IMG/VR virus record: IMGVR_UViG_3300023223_000319
Location: 1-54,040 of that record
Direction: 5' to 3' (one strand)
DNA length: 54,040 nt
DNA from: a virus
Lineage: Duplodnaviria > Caudoviricetes
Every line of letters begins with the position of its first letter. Positions within the stretch are counted from its first letter, which is position 1. A program made the translations under genes and the position numbers. The notes beneath the pieces are model-generated. The model was not told the origin of the DNA, searched no databases, and was given only the letters and a program-made list of their open reading frames with translations. Positions 36,537 through 45,976 of this stretch are shown here, piece after piece.

Positions 36537-37499
36537 TTATGCAATTGCTAGAATGTGGTCACGCGGCACTGAAAATCCAGCAGCGTTTCGATGACCGCCA
36601 CCGCCATACTCTAATGCAATTTCAGAAACGTCCATACCTTCATCTGTCGATCGAAGCGAGAAGATTCGCCTGTCGACCGTATCCCAGTAACAGGCAGAAA
36701 AAGGATTTCCTCCAGCCATCTTGTGACCAGCATCTGATGACATTGTGTAAGGAAGTGAGGCTACGGGAACGTCGTGACCGCTAATTACCATAGTTCTCTG
36801 GCACACCTTTAATAACTCGTCAATGTCTTTAAAGTGCTTTCTTTCAATAGCAGCGCCGTCTTGGCAAAGATCACTTAAATCCGCCTCGATTAAAATATCC
36901 CAAACCCCAAAATCATAAGGATTTGAGAATACTGCGGCTTGGATTTCGCGAGTACCATCAAGCTTAAACTGCCACAAGTCTCGATCTTGTATGTGCTTGA
37001 ATAACCGGGGTACAGGGTCGCTATTGAAGAATTCCCATGCGATAACTGCGCCGGATCGCTCCATATCAAAGTAGCTATATGTGCCGTATGGGCAGTTCTC
37101 GCAATCATCTTGATAAAGTGCAAGCACAAACCGATTGAAGTTAATATCCCCGCCAGTCCACGATGACATATCCCAGAACCCATTACCGAAATCATATTGA
37201 GAGAATGACTCCATGGCCGACTTATGATGATCCAAAACAAGTATTGATAGGGCGTCTTTCCGCATGTCTTGGATGGCCTCTGGCTTATAACTAAAGTCCA
37301 CCATGATTACGTGCTTTCCCTTTACGCAAGGAGGGTCTTGTTGATATACGCCCGGATGAAATTCAATGCCATCTTCGCCAAGTGCATTTCTAACAGCGTA
37401 CGCCGCGCCAAATCCATCGGCACAATTTCCGTGATAGATAACAATGATTGGCGAGCTTTTGTAATATTCAATTGTTCCGTTTATCTTTTTCATTACCAT
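36537..37499 (-). CDS. DHH/DHHA1 phosphoesterase (NrnB-like)
   Basis: YHGNCADG, DFSY, LDHHKS, DRDLW, GGGHRNAAGF. Confidence 0.9.
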   Translation of the reverse strand: MVMKKINGTIEYYKSSPIIVIYHGNCADGFGAAYAVRNALGEDGIEFHPGVYQQDPPCVKGKHVIMVDFSYKPEAIQDMRKDALSILVLDHHKSAMESFSQYDFGNGFWDMSSWTGGDINFNRFVLALYQDDCENCPYGTYSYFDMERSGAVIAWEFFNSDPVPRLFKHIQDRDLWQFKLDGTREIQAAVFSNPYDFGVWDILIEADLSDLCQDGAAIERKHFKDIDELLKVCQRTMVISGHDVPVASLPYTMSSDAGHKMAGGNPFSACYWDTVDRRIFSLRSTDEGMDVSEIALEYGGGGHRNAAGFSVPRDHILAIA

Positions 37500-37533
37500 C
37501 TCGCCTTTTCGTTACGTGTATCAATATGGGTTG

Positions 37534-37962
37534 TTAATCAATTTCAGTGCCTGACCGCATCATTGAGATAAGCGGCTCACTGCGGGACTTGCCGACATCT
37601 TCCCGATACCATTTAGAGTCAATCATTTCATCGGCAGCCCGGTCAAAGTCCTGCTCACATATGCCCTGAATCATGCCCTTGAAGCCTAGCATGCCACTGA
37701 TGCCAATATTAAACGCCATATTCATGATTACTCGCTGACGTACATCATTAATGGTATGGAACCAAGCAAGCCGCTCCAGTGACCCTAGGCGCTCCATAAT
37801 GCCGTGCATGAGTAAATCACTAGCTACCTTTTCCGGCATTGTCTCTGACTCGAGGTTAAACCCATAGCCGATCGTCATCTTTCCAGCTGAGCAATTGTAG
37901 GGGCGCCCTCGAAAGCCTTCATCCCGCTTTAGCTCTGCTGCCATTTTCGTCATGTTGATCAT
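37534..37962 (-). CDS. Lysozyme-fold endolysin (GH24/T4-like)
   Basis: DEGFR..PY.CSAGKMTIGYG, MAFNIG, AADEMIDSKWY. Confidence 0.9.
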   Translation of the reverse strand: MINMTKMAAELKRDEGFRGRPYNCSAGKMTIGYGFNLESETMPEKVASDLLMHGIMERLGSLERLAWFHTINDVRQRVIMNMAFNIGISGMLGFKGMIQGICEQDFDRAADEMIDSKWYREDVGKSRSEPLISMMRSGTEID

Positions 37963-38378
37963 TTTGCCTTCTTAGCCCGTAGGGCGTGAACACCAAAAAA
38001 GAAACCGGCCACACCGGCCACCAAAATTGCAAGGCCAGGCGTTGCCGCGATACTCAGCCACATTGCCGACCATTCTTTATTGACCGGATAGGTCATACCG
38101 GACATGAACAACACCAGAAGATAGAACTTGATAACCAGTACCGCGATATCACGCCGAGCCTTTGACCGCTCAGTGTTTTCGTCCAGCGTATCAACGACGA
38201 ACTTACGGATCGCCTTTGACTCAGTGGCGTCCATCTCGGCGCGCTCTTCTTCGGTAAAGTTCTTATTCCCGATATACCCGCCAATCTGAGATAGCAGGCC
38301 ATTATCCTTGTCGAACACGTCGTTAGCCATTTTAGGCGACCCGACCAAGAAGTTAATTCCAGCTTTAAATAAATTCAC
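37959..38378 (-). CDS. Putative holin
   Basis: Two C-terminal TM segments, GFFFG and basic tail; coupled to the lysozyme gene. Confidence 0.65.
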   Translation of the reverse strand: MNLFKAGINFLVGSPKMANDVFDKDNGLLSQIGGYIGNKNFTEEERAEMDATESKAIRKFVVDTLDENTERSKARRDIAVLVIKFYLLVLFMSGMTYPVNKEWSAMWLSIAATPGLAILVAGVAGFFFGVHALRAKKAK

Positions 38379-38578
38379 TGCTTGCCCTCCAGTTTAGTTA
38401 AATATCTATCGCGCTCGATTAACTCTAATGTCTGCTCCCGCAATGAAGTAGGTGAGCCATTTAAAAATCTCTCCTCCCACTCATCCACAGCATCGTTCAT
38501 TTCACTACTGTTGTGCATGTCGTCTACCGGTTCTTTTTCTGACACCTCACTGTCCTTACCGCTCTTATAGCGGGGTTA

Positions 38579-39004
38579 TTACCAGTTCTGTCTTGGCGGG
38601 ACTACTGATTCATTACCGTCATATTCATCTATTTCAAATTCAGCGCCATCCGGTATCTCTTGTATTCTTAGGTCGGCACACATTCCATTGGCCTTATTGC
38701 CAAGCTCTTCGATGACGCTGACTAAATCATGATCGCTCCTTTGCTCGTCATAAAAATCTGGATAGTAAAATTTACCTTTTGGTAATTCTGTTATTTCTGA
38801 GCCAAAGTCATCCGTTAGCGGGCAGAATCGGCATCCATTGGCTTCAGGGACGCCATCAGCTTTAATGTATTTTTCTTTTCCTTCATGCTTATAGCCAACT
38901 TGCTCATACCACGTTAAATCAATGCCCTTCTTTTTTGCGAAAGCGGTTAGTGCTAGGTTGCTTAGGCCGAAGCCACCAAAACATGCGTTATATGCTACTT
39001 TCAT
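38579..39004 (-). CDS. Conserved phage hypothetical protein
   Basis: NACFGGFGLS...R.D..LV.VIEELG...EIP...IDEYDG.E pattern. Confidence 0.7.
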   Translation of the reverse strand: MKVAYNACFGGFGLSNLALTAFAKKKGIDLTWYEQVGYKHEGKEKYIKADGVPEANGCRFCPLTDDFGSEITELPKGKFYYPDFYDEQRSDHDLVSVIEELGNKANGMCADLRIQEIPDGAEFEIDEYDGNESVVPPRQNW

Positions 39005-39013
39005 TTCTATTCC

Positions 39014-39343
39014 TTAATAATCAAAAACACAACTGGCTACATAAAGCGGAATACTGCAAATAGTAAACCACTTGCAGAACCAGTGTGAGTATTTAGAGTT
39101 GTCGTAGTATACAGGGGTATATATATCATTAGGAATTAACGATTTGTAATAAGATATCGGCGCGTACTGCCCAGGCTTTGCCGGCGTTCCATAAAAAGCC
39201 TTTATATCGGCACAGTCAGACATGGCTTTTAACGATGTCGACGCTGACAGTTTAAAGTTTTCACCCAGTGATATAACATCTTGTTTTGTCCAGACTCTGT
39301 TGGTCTGAAGGCATACCTGGGCCTGCAAGTCTTTTGCGCTCAT
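39014..39343 (-). CDS. Hypothetical protein
   Basis: ATGA-coupled to YopX. Confidence 0.5.
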   Translation of the reverse strand: MSAKDLQAQVCLQTNRVWTKQDVISLGENFKLSASTSLKAMSDCADIKAFYGTPAKPGQYAPISYYKSLIPNDIYTPVYYDNSKYSHWFCKWFTICSIPLYVASCVFDY

Positions 39344-39666
39344 TTGGACTCCTCATGAATGTTTCCGATCACTTCGCACTCATCAGCGTCCATTTCGCCG
39401 CCGCCATCATACTCAAAAGGATGATATCCACAGTTATCTGTGAAATGCACCGTAGCACGGCGCCACTTATCCTTTACAATGTCCCCCTCATAAATCTCTA
39501 CGCCGTTCTTATCCTTTAATCCGGTAAACTCCAGCAACTCAAACCATTCGGGTTGCTCTTCATTTATCTCGGACAGGCCTTTAACACCCCTACCCCATGT
39601 CAAGTGGTCAACGGGAACCATTTTTTTATGGACCTTATCCCAAGCTCTGTATTTTCTCTCTCTCAT
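39340..39666 (-). CDS. YopX-family protein
   Basis: KYRAWDK, FTGLKDKNGVEIYEGDIV, EVIGNIHE. Confidence 0.9.
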   Translation of the reverse strand: MRERKYRAWDKVHKKMVPVDHLTWGRGVKGLSEINEEQPEWFELLEFTGLKDKNGVEIYEGDIVKDKWRRATVHFTDNCGYHPFEYDGGGEMDADECEVIGNIHEESK

Positions 39667-39669
39667 AAT

Positions 39670-39924
39670 CTACCCCAGAACTAGCACTGTGAACTTACGA
39701 GGGATGGCTTGGCGCTGCTTCTCCATTTTTTCAATGATGAGGTCAATGGTTTTAGGGATATCCGCTATAGCGCCGCTGCGGTTTGTTATCATTGCTGTTA
39801 CACCGCGACGGGTGCGAGTATGGAAGCCGTTAATCTTTACGCCGCGGCTAATGATTGAGGCTATTTCGGCAGGACAAACTTGATCAGCTACTTGTGACAG
39901 TTGTAAGATATTTACCTTGTGCAT
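39670..39924 (-). CDS. Hypothetical protein
   Basis: GGAG RBS; in the leftward operon. Confidence 0.5.
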   Translation of the reverse strand: MHKVNILQLSQVADQVCPAEIASIISRGVKINGFHTRTRRGVTAMITNRSGAIADIPKTIDLIIEKMEKQRQAIPRKFTVLVLG

Positions 39925-39981
39925 AGCAGTTTACTCCGGCTATTCGATATGCGGTTAAGGGGCGCTATGCCCCGCTGGTTA

Positions 39982-40167
39982 TTAACTCGTCCTGGGGAAT
40001 GTATCCATCCAGTAGCCAAGTATTACTCGTGCGTCTTTTTCAGTAACACCGAATGCTTGCTGGATATAAGCGCCACCACCAAACATATTCGTTGCTCCTG
40101 ACTCACGAAGCTCATCAAGAAAATCAAGGTGGTCATCATCTACAATTTCCGGTCTATCGCTCATCAT
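39982..40167 (-). CDS. Small conserved phage protein (LRESGATNMF motif)
   Basis: FLDELRESGATNMFG...A..IL..WM. Confidence 0.7.
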   Translation of the reverse strand: MMSDRPEIVDDDHLDFLDELRESGATNMFGGGAYIQQAFGVTEKDARVILGYWMDTFPRTS

Positions 40168-40224
40168 CTTTCCTTATCTGTTTTAAGTGTTGTTAATAGT
40201 AGCGATTATCAGGCTAATGTCACA

Positions 40225-40821
40225 TTACGATTCTTTAACAATCTCGCGGTTTAACTTTCTATACCGCGCTATCTCAATCTCGATATCTTCATGCGTTGGA
40301 AATACCTCTTTTAGTGATGGGTGCGGGCCATTGAGCCAGTCGAGATGATCCTGGCCGTACTCTTTGATAATGAATAGCGTGTACTCATATCGCATTCCTG
40401 ACCCAAACTGATTGCAATACACAGAACATTGCTTGTGAATGTTGGTTAGCTCAAATCTAAGCTCCTTACGCGCCCCTACACTGAGAAAGTGGCCGGCGTC
40501 ATACTTGATGCTAGGGTTAGTCGTTCCGCACGTACAGCAAGGTTTATCGGCTTGTGTGAGGCGAACGTATTTGTTCACCTCTATCTGCAAATCCCCATAC
40601 CATGCGGCACGGCTTTTAATCTTCTTTTTCAGGCGCTTGGTTTCACGGTTAAACTCCTTATTAGCCTTTTTGACGGCTTTAGTCCTATCCTTATCCTGCT
40701 TGTTAGCAGCGAACAATAGCGCACAATTAAACTCATGGAACCAGCCAGCCGGTAGCTTTACGCCATCGGCAGCTGGGAAGTAGTCCTTGCAGTGCTTACA
40801 TTGCTTCTTGCTATTGGCCAT
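40225..40821 (-). CDS. ninG: NinG/Rap recombination endonuclease
   Basis: CKHC, NKYVR, PCCTCG, DAGHFLSVGA..ELRF...NIHKQC..CN. Confidence 0.9.
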   Translation of the reverse strand: MANSKKQCKHCKDYFPAADGVKLPAGWFHEFNCALLFAANKQDKDRTKAVKKANKEFNRETKRLKKKIKSRAAWYGDLQIEVNKYVRLTQADKPCCTCGTTNPSIKYDAGHFLSVGARKELRFELTNIHKQCSVYCNQFGSGMRYEYTLFIIKEYGQDHLDWLNGPHPSLKEVFPTHEDIEIEIARYRKLNREIVKES

Positions 40822-41380
40822 TCATTACATCCTTAATAATCCTGAGTAGACCAGACCTCACTCTTTCGTCTTTTTCGATAACCACCCACTCTAAAATAGC
40901 TGAAGCTTTATGGCTATTATATGCATCGCTTGCTTCATCTGGCGTACCGAATGACCCCAAATGGATATGCTTGCCATGACTCGTTGCCTGAGAAAGATAC
41001 CTTCCAGTTGATCTCCTAAAATTGACACCTGTAGGTAGATTATTTTTAGATATCTTCCTGTGCGTTAAAACCTTGTTCAGCTCTCCGTCGATAAATACAC
41101 ATGTTTCAGGAGAGTATATTTTCTTATTGCACGACAGAATGTCCTTATCTAGATGCATTCCCCTCCATTCTTGAAGCTCTACCCACTCTTTAAAGTTACT
41201 GAACGTCAGCCAATCATCACATACTGTACAGTCAAGATATGTAGGATACTTACTCCTTGTTCTTTTCGAGTAGCATCTCTGAATCATGTTCTTCCAGATG
41301 ACATATATTTTGCAACCCAGAGTCCCTCCCTTGATATCGTTAGTACCAACACCATAAACGCCATTGCATTTACCTGCCAT
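40811..41380 (-). CDS. HNH homing endonuclease (paralogue of 613-1212)
   Basis: VYGVGTND, WKNMIQRCYS, WLTFSNFK, LDKDIL, HLGSFGTPDEA. Confidence 0.85.
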   Translation of the reverse strand: MAGKCNGVYGVGTNDIKGGTLGCKIYVIWKNMIQRCYSKRTRSKYPTYLDCTVCDDWLTFSNFKEWVELQEWRGMHLDKDILSCNKKIYSPETCVFIDGELNKVLTHRKISKNNLPTGVNFRRSTGRYLSQATSHGKHIHLGSFGTPDEASDAYNSHKASAILEWVVIEKDERVRSGLLRIIKDVMNGQ

Positions 41381-41951
41381 TTTTTAAGTCCTCTTCATAT
41401 GCCTGCATAAAACGATCAGGAAACGGCACGCCAACACCTAGCTTTTGAGTTGTCGCAACATTCAGCGCTTCGTAGACCACGCTAACCTGATCGGTATCAA
41501 GATCGGTTGTTGACTCCGTGCCAAAGGTATGCTTTTGAACGCCTCGCCACAATCGCTCTTTAACGGCCAATGGCGACCACGGAAAAGCAGCCTCCTTAAA
41601 CAGCTTTGTAAGAACCGCAATCATATCCCAGCCGGCATCGTTCAGCGCTTCTGACAGCATGGTGAAATAAAGGTGCATTGCGCTATTCTGGAGACCTGAC
41701 CGCTTTGATTTGCCAGACTGAATTTTGGTAACAATGATGTTTTGGTCATTGATAAGCCGGTTATCTTCGTCACTCATGGCAGCATAGAGGCGGATATTAC
41801 CCCGAGACTCAACATATACCATTGTCAGCTTCGTTGATTTCTTTGGTCGCACACTAACCGTTACCTCATTGATGCCGGTTAGCGCGTCCTCATCTGCTGG
41901 AGTCTTTGGGCCAAACATGCATTGGCCCATTATTCTGCCAAGCGTGACCAT
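41370..41951 (-). CDS. NinB-like protein with N-terminal extension
   Basis: KRS.LQN.AMH...LNDAG...STTDL...VPFP; nin context. Confidence 0.6.
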   Translation of the reverse strand: MVTLGRIMGQCMFGPKTPADEDALTGINEVTVSVRPKKSTKLTMVYVESRGNIRLYAAMSDEDNRLINDQNIIVTKIQSGKSKRSGLQNSAMHLYFTMLSEALNDAGWDMIAVLTKLFKEAAFPWSPLAVKERLWRGVQKHTFGTESTTDLDTDQVSVVYEALNVATTQKLGVGVPFPDRFMQAYEEDLKNGR

Positions 41952-42133
41952 CAGTCTTCGCTCAACTTAACGCCGGCCTTGATGCGCTCGTAAATCTCAA
42001 GGCGGTGGACGGGAATGGATTTGTCAGCATCAATCCCCAGTCGAACCTGATTTCCATTAATGGCAAGAACAGTGATTTTGATATCATCGCCCAGCATGAT
42101 TGACTCTTGATTTCGTCTGGTTAAGATTAAAAT
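41951..42133 (-). CDS. csrA: Carbon storage regulator CsrA/RsmA homologue (ATT start; not in ORF track)
   Basis: (M)[51 protein letters not shown]; AAGGAG RBS 7 nt before the ATT; TGATG coupling to the next gene. Confidence 0.92.
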   Translation of the reverse strand: MLILTRRNQESIMLGDDIKITVLAINGNQVRLGIDADKSIPVHRLEIYERIKAGVKLSED

Positions 42134-42144
42134 GGGCCTTCTCC

Positions 42145-42357
42145 TTATTTATTTGCGATGTAAATACCGTCATCGGTAAGCTTATAAACATAGTCATCAC
42201 CAGACCATCCTGGAGCGTCAAATCTAATTGCCAGTCCACCACGAACAAGATCATCGAATAAAATAGAGTCAGTACAGCCTTTGTCTGTACCGAAAAAATT
42301 ACGATCACCTTTTATGGTATGACGCATTAAATCTTTGTGTTTATCGGTTATAAGCAT
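42145..42357 (-). CDS. Hypothetical protein
   Basis: AAGG RBS; RNFF...L...GL...Y.LT..G pattern. Confidence 0.6.
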   Translation of the reverse strand: MLITDKHKDLMRHTIKGDRNFFGTDKGCTDSILFDDLVRGGLAIRFDAPGWSGDDYVYKLTDDGIYIANK

Positions 42358-42426
42358 GTTATTTCCTTATGTAATAAAAGGGCCGCTACAGCATATATCA
42401 GCGGCAAGAGTTCCCGAGACCTGGGA

Positions 42427-43377
42427 TTAGTAGTTAATCGTTACGTTTGCAATATCCGCGTTACTGATAGCAAGAACAACCTTCTTTGCCATTGCCTCAT
42501 CAAGCCCGACAGCCATTAGAGACTCTTTCGCAGCCTTACGGATAGCTCCGACATGACGCTTATTAGCTTCTCTAGCCTGAATAGCCTCCTCCTCTTGGCG
42601 TAGCAGAAGCTCTTGTCGTGCCATCTCTGCAAACGTAGCCTGTTCTGCGGCGGCATCAGCGTCGATCTTGGCTTGTTTTTCTGCGGCAATACGGTTCTGC
42701 TCGGACAGTGCTGCGGCCTCTTGCGCTGCAATCATGTCACGCTCAGCCCGCTCGGCGGCTTTTTTATTCATCGCTTCCCGCTGATCTAGCTCTGCCTGAT
42801 CGCGCTCTAGCCGCTCTTTCTGCTCGACCAGTAAACGTTCTGCTCGCTCTGTGGCCTCGCGGTTCATGCGCTCTTGTTCCTGGCGCTTGCGCTCCTCTGC
42901 GGCCTCGGCTTCAAGGATGATCTTCGCTGCAATGTCATCATCGCGCTTTTCGTTGAGGAGGAGGCCGATTTCATGGTCAGCCAGCAATAGCGCTGCGTCT
43001 TTCTCTGCTTCAATAGCAGCCACTCTCTCTGCTTCAATAAGAGCCTGTTCAGCCTCCCAGTCAGTCAACGGCTTGCGGGCCTCATCCCGAAGATCATCAC
43101 ACGCATCGCGTAACTTCTTGCGGTTTGCGTCGACAATCTTAGCCTGGCTTTTCCACTCTGATACCATCTCTTTGCCGATAGCGTCAACAGTGGTTTTTAC
43201 CTTCGATACCTTAGCGGCCAGTGACGCTGTTTTCTTGCGCCCGCCAACCGTATCCAGGTTATGCTCATAGCCTCGCACGATATCGGTAAGCTCTGTGATT
43301 GCAGTATCAACGCCGTCGCCGGTAATGAATGCCTGCTCAATGGTAGAGTCGCGAAGTAGTAATAAATCCTTGCTCAT
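42427..43377 (-). CDS. Long coiled-coil phage protein
   Basis: GRK..ASLA.KV.K.K...D..RK..RD..D.LRDE.R.PLT.WE; follows the SSAP gene. Confidence 0.7.
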   Translation of the reverse strand: MSKDLLLLRDSTIEQAFITGDGVDTAITELTDIVRGYEHNLDTVGGRKKTASLAAKVSKVKTTVDAIGKEMVSEWKSQAKIVDANRKKLRDACDDLRDEARKPLTDWEAEQALIEAERVAAIEAEKDAALLLADHEIGLLLNEKRDDDIAAKIILEAEAAEERKRQEQERMNREATERAERLLVEQKERLERDQAELDQREAMNKKAAERAERDMIAAQEAAALSEQNRIAAEKQAKIDADAAAEQATFAEMARQELLLRQEEEAIQAREANKRHVGAIRKAAKESLMAVGLDEAMAKKVVLAISNADIANVTINY

Positions 43378-44084
43378 GGTTGATCCTTATTTGCTTCTAG
43401 TTGAATTTTACGTTTATCTTTGATTTTATTTAGCTGAACAATTAAGGCGCTATCATCATACAGTTTGGCCTTACCTGCCGCCCCCTTAAATACCTGCTTA
43501 AGCTCATTCATTGATGAGGCTGTACTCAATAGACCTTTTACTCCATCTGCCCAGTCTTCGTACTCCTTTTGCTGCGCGGCTCTTTCTTCGATTTGATTCT
43601 CCGCGCCCTCAAGCTTAAACTCATTGCCAACAGCCTTAACATAATCGGGATTATCAAATTCACCCATGAAGATGTCAGCATTAAAGCCAAGCTCTGAAAG
43701 CCCCTTTGTTTTGGCGTTGGTGACGACCTTTTTCCTGGCCTCGTCATCTATCTTCATGTAGCCATTTGCGCCCTGTGTTTGATAACAAGACTTCTCGCTG
43801 GCATGAATTGGTATCTCGCCCCTAACGCCATCGAAATTGAAAAACATAGTTGCGTCGTAAGATAGGATCTTTGTAGTTCCGTATTCACTTTCCTCGAACA
43901 CCTCACTGCCAATAACAACACCCCAGCCAATGCCCTGAACCCCAAACGCCTCAGTAGCGTTTTTAAACTGATAGATAGGAGATATGGCTGTAAATTTGAA
44001 TGCGCCTTTTTGCCCCTCCTTTGTGAACTTGGGATTAGTTTTGCTGACGCTATCCCATAGATCAAGATTACTCACAATTGCCAC
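43374..44084 (-). CDS. ssDNA-annealing recombinase (Rad52/Sak-like)
   Basis: LWDSV.KT.PKFTK, ATEAFG..GIGWG, KK..T.A.TK.LS.LGF.ADIFMG.FD. Confidence 0.7.
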   Translation of the reverse strand: MAIVSNLDLWDSVSKTNPKFTKEGQKGAFKFTAISPIYQFKNATEAFGVQGIGWGVVIGSEVFEESEYGTTKILSYDATMFFNFDGVRGEIPIHASEKSCYQTQGANGYMKIDDEARKKVVTNAKTKGLSELGFNADIFMGEFDNPDYVKAVGNEFKLEGAENQIEERAAQQKEYEDWADGVKGLLSTASSMNELKQVFKGAAGKAKLYDDSALIVQLNKIKDKRKIQLEANKDQP

Positions 44085-44301
44085 CCCGCTTAATATCGGT
44101 ATATTGAATCGGCGCGTTGCTAAATAAGGCGTTCCAGTTCGCTACAGCTTCTTCCTGAGTATGACCGCTACCAGCAGACACTGAGCCATTACCTTTATCT
44201 GCCATTACAGAAAATAGGTCGTGATCGTACCCAGGCATATGGTCGATAATATAGGGTGCGCTACAGCCGGGCGGCTTGATAATATGCGATGCGATTAACA
44301 T
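44068..44301 (-). CDS. Hypothetical protein with Lar-like C-terminus
   Basis: TQEEAVANWN. Confidence 0.45.
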   Translation of the reverse strand: MLIASHIIKPPGCSAPYIIDHMPGYDHDLFSVMADKGNGSVSAGSGHTQEEAVANWNALFSNAPIQYTDIKRGGNCE

Positions 44302-44327
44302 GATAATTTCCTTTAAGTGAGCGGTAA

Positions 44328-44528
44328 TTATAACTCGTTGTTGGTGGTGGCATCGTTACGGTTTTTTAATGTGCCAGCCTCGTATCGAAACCCAGCTTCA
44401 AGAATAACAACAGCAATAGCCCAGGGAACCACAAACCGAAAAACACCAATCTCAGAGACGCCAATATCCCAGCCAATATCAAGAACAAACAGAGCTATAA
44501 AGCTAGCTATAATTTTAATGATCATCAC
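44328..44528 (-). CDS. Small two-TM membrane protein
   Basis: Two hydrophobic segments. Confidence 0.55.
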   Translation of the reverse strand: MMIIKIIASFIALFVLDIGWDIGVSEIGVFRFVVPWAIAVVILEAGFRYEAGTLKNRNDATTNNEL

Positions 44529-44782
44529 TCATCCCCCTCCAATGCATCCGTTGCCTGCTCACCATTGAACAGTCTTTCTTTGTCGATCATGGCCTGGAGT
44601 ATATCGACCATCACCTTATTAAGCTTTTCTACTCCAGAGTACTGATGATGCATTAGCTCAAATATAGCCTCGGTAGCGTTGCCATCCTTATCAAGGGACA
44701 GCTCAATTAGCGCTTCACGGCGGATAGCAGGGTCAGCCATCATTTCGCGCATTCGATCTGAATAATTTGTTAAGTCAGTCAT
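44525..44782 (-). CDS. Hypothetical protein
   Basis: Coupled leftward ORF. Confidence 0.55.
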   Translation of the reverse strand: MTDLTNYSDRMREMMADPAIRREALIELSLDKDGNATEAIFELMHHQYSGVEKLNKVMVDILQAMIDKERLFNGEQATDALEGDE

Positions 44783-45122
44783 TATCCTGCTCCTTCATTT
44801 TCAGAAATACGATACAGGCGGCGCGTAACTTGTCCTTGTCGTGCTCGTTACGCATATGCCTAGCCCATTCAGTAACGCCGTACTCATCGGGCGCTAACAG
44901 CTTCCACCAAATGGATTCAATAATTGGCCACGCGTCATTCGGGTTATTGCAGTAGTCGTGATGCTCTTTGTGATGGTGTGCAGGGTTTATAGACCAAACT
45001 GAATTAGGATTCCTATCAGTAAATCCAGCGCTGTATGTAGCAATAGGAACGCGGTAATGATCGAGCGCTATAGTAACGGCTACGTTAATCTGAAAGTCAC
45101 TCCACTCATCGTAATTACGCAT
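44775..45122 (-). CDS. NinX/DUF2591-like protein
   Basis: SDFQINVAV...DYCNNPNDAWPII...LRAACIVFL; start taken at the GAGG-preceded ATG. Confidence 0.7.
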   Translation of the reverse strand: MRNYDEWSDFQINVAVTIALDHYRVPIATYSAGFTDRNPNSVWSINPAHHHKEHHDYCNNPNDAWPIIESIWWKLLAPDEYGVTEWARHMRNEHDKDKLRAACIVFLKMKEQDND

Positions 45123-45399
45123 AATGACCTCTATTCTGAGCCTCATACTCCAGCATATCAGCCAGCGTATTCTCTTTAGCCTGATTACTTTGATACAGCT
45201 CTATGGCCGCCGCTGATCGTCTATCAACACCTTCTCGATGGAGCTTCGCCGATAGTCTGGCCTCATCCACGTCTTCAATATTATCAACGGTATCAAATAT
45301 GGTAATAATATGGGTGTCAGAAACAGTGATGCGATCATTGCGTACTCCATTATCTAGGAATTCATTAAGTTGATTATCTCTGTAGGCGTCTTCGTTCAT
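45115..45399 (-). CDS. First gene of the leftward early operon
   Basis: AAGGAG RBS. Confidence 0.6.
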   Translation of the reverse strand: MNEDAYRDNQLNEFLDNGVRNDRITVSDTHIITIFDTVDNIEDVDEARLSAKLHREGVDRRSAAAIELYQSNQAKENTLADMLEYEAQNRGHYA

Positions 45400-45500
45400 A
45401 TTGTTAACTCCTTTTGAGTTGATGGCTAAATCATATATTAATAATTAGACATTAACAATAGGGAATGTTATATTTATTTCAAATCAACTGGAGTACGAAA
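45400..45500. promoter_or_regulatory. AT-rich divergent promoter region
   Basis: Strand switch; TAGACA...TGTTATATT promoter-like elements. Confidence 0.55.
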
Positions 45501-45698
45501 ATGAAGCGCGTTAATTTTAAAAAGCTACTGGAACAACTCAAGGCTGCCGGCATCCCTCACTATAAGATTGCCAAGCAACTAAAGGTGACGGCCCCTGCCA
45601 TCAGCCGGATTTACTCTGGCATCACAGCAGACCCTTCACACTCAACCGGTGAGGGTATTATCGCTATGCACAACAAACACGTTAAGGGGATTAAGTAA
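45501..45698 (+). CDS. Cro-like HTH regulator
   Basis: GIPHYKIAKQLKVTAPAISRIYSG...DPSHSTG; located at the divergence point. Confidence 0.8.
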   Translation: MKRVNFKKLLEQLKAAGIPHYKIAKQLKVTAPAISRIYSGITADPSHSTGEGIIAMHNKHVKGIK

Positions 45699-45976
45699 TG
45701 GAGCAATATTTTGAAGTGGGCGAAGACGTTATTCTTGAGAGTAAGTTAAATCCGCATTTAAACGGAGAGTGTGTCGTTACAGAGGTATCTACAAAGCCGT
45801 CAACATGCGCGTCCACAGGGGAAAGATTTGAATGTAGACCGCACTATAAGTTAACAGTTGATAATCCTTTAGCGAGCTGGTGGAGTCAATCAGCCCTCCG
45901 CAAAAAGCACGAAGGCGGCGACAGCTTTGAATCACTAATGGCCAGCTTAAACAAGGAAAAAACCAATGAGCATTAA
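45698..45976 (+). CDS. Hypothetical protein
   Basis: TAATG-coupled. Confidence 0.6.
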   Translation: MEQYFEVGEDVILESKLNPHLNGECVVTEVSTKPSTCASTGERFECRPHYKLTVDNPLASWWSQSALRKKHEGGDSFESLMASLNKEKTNEH

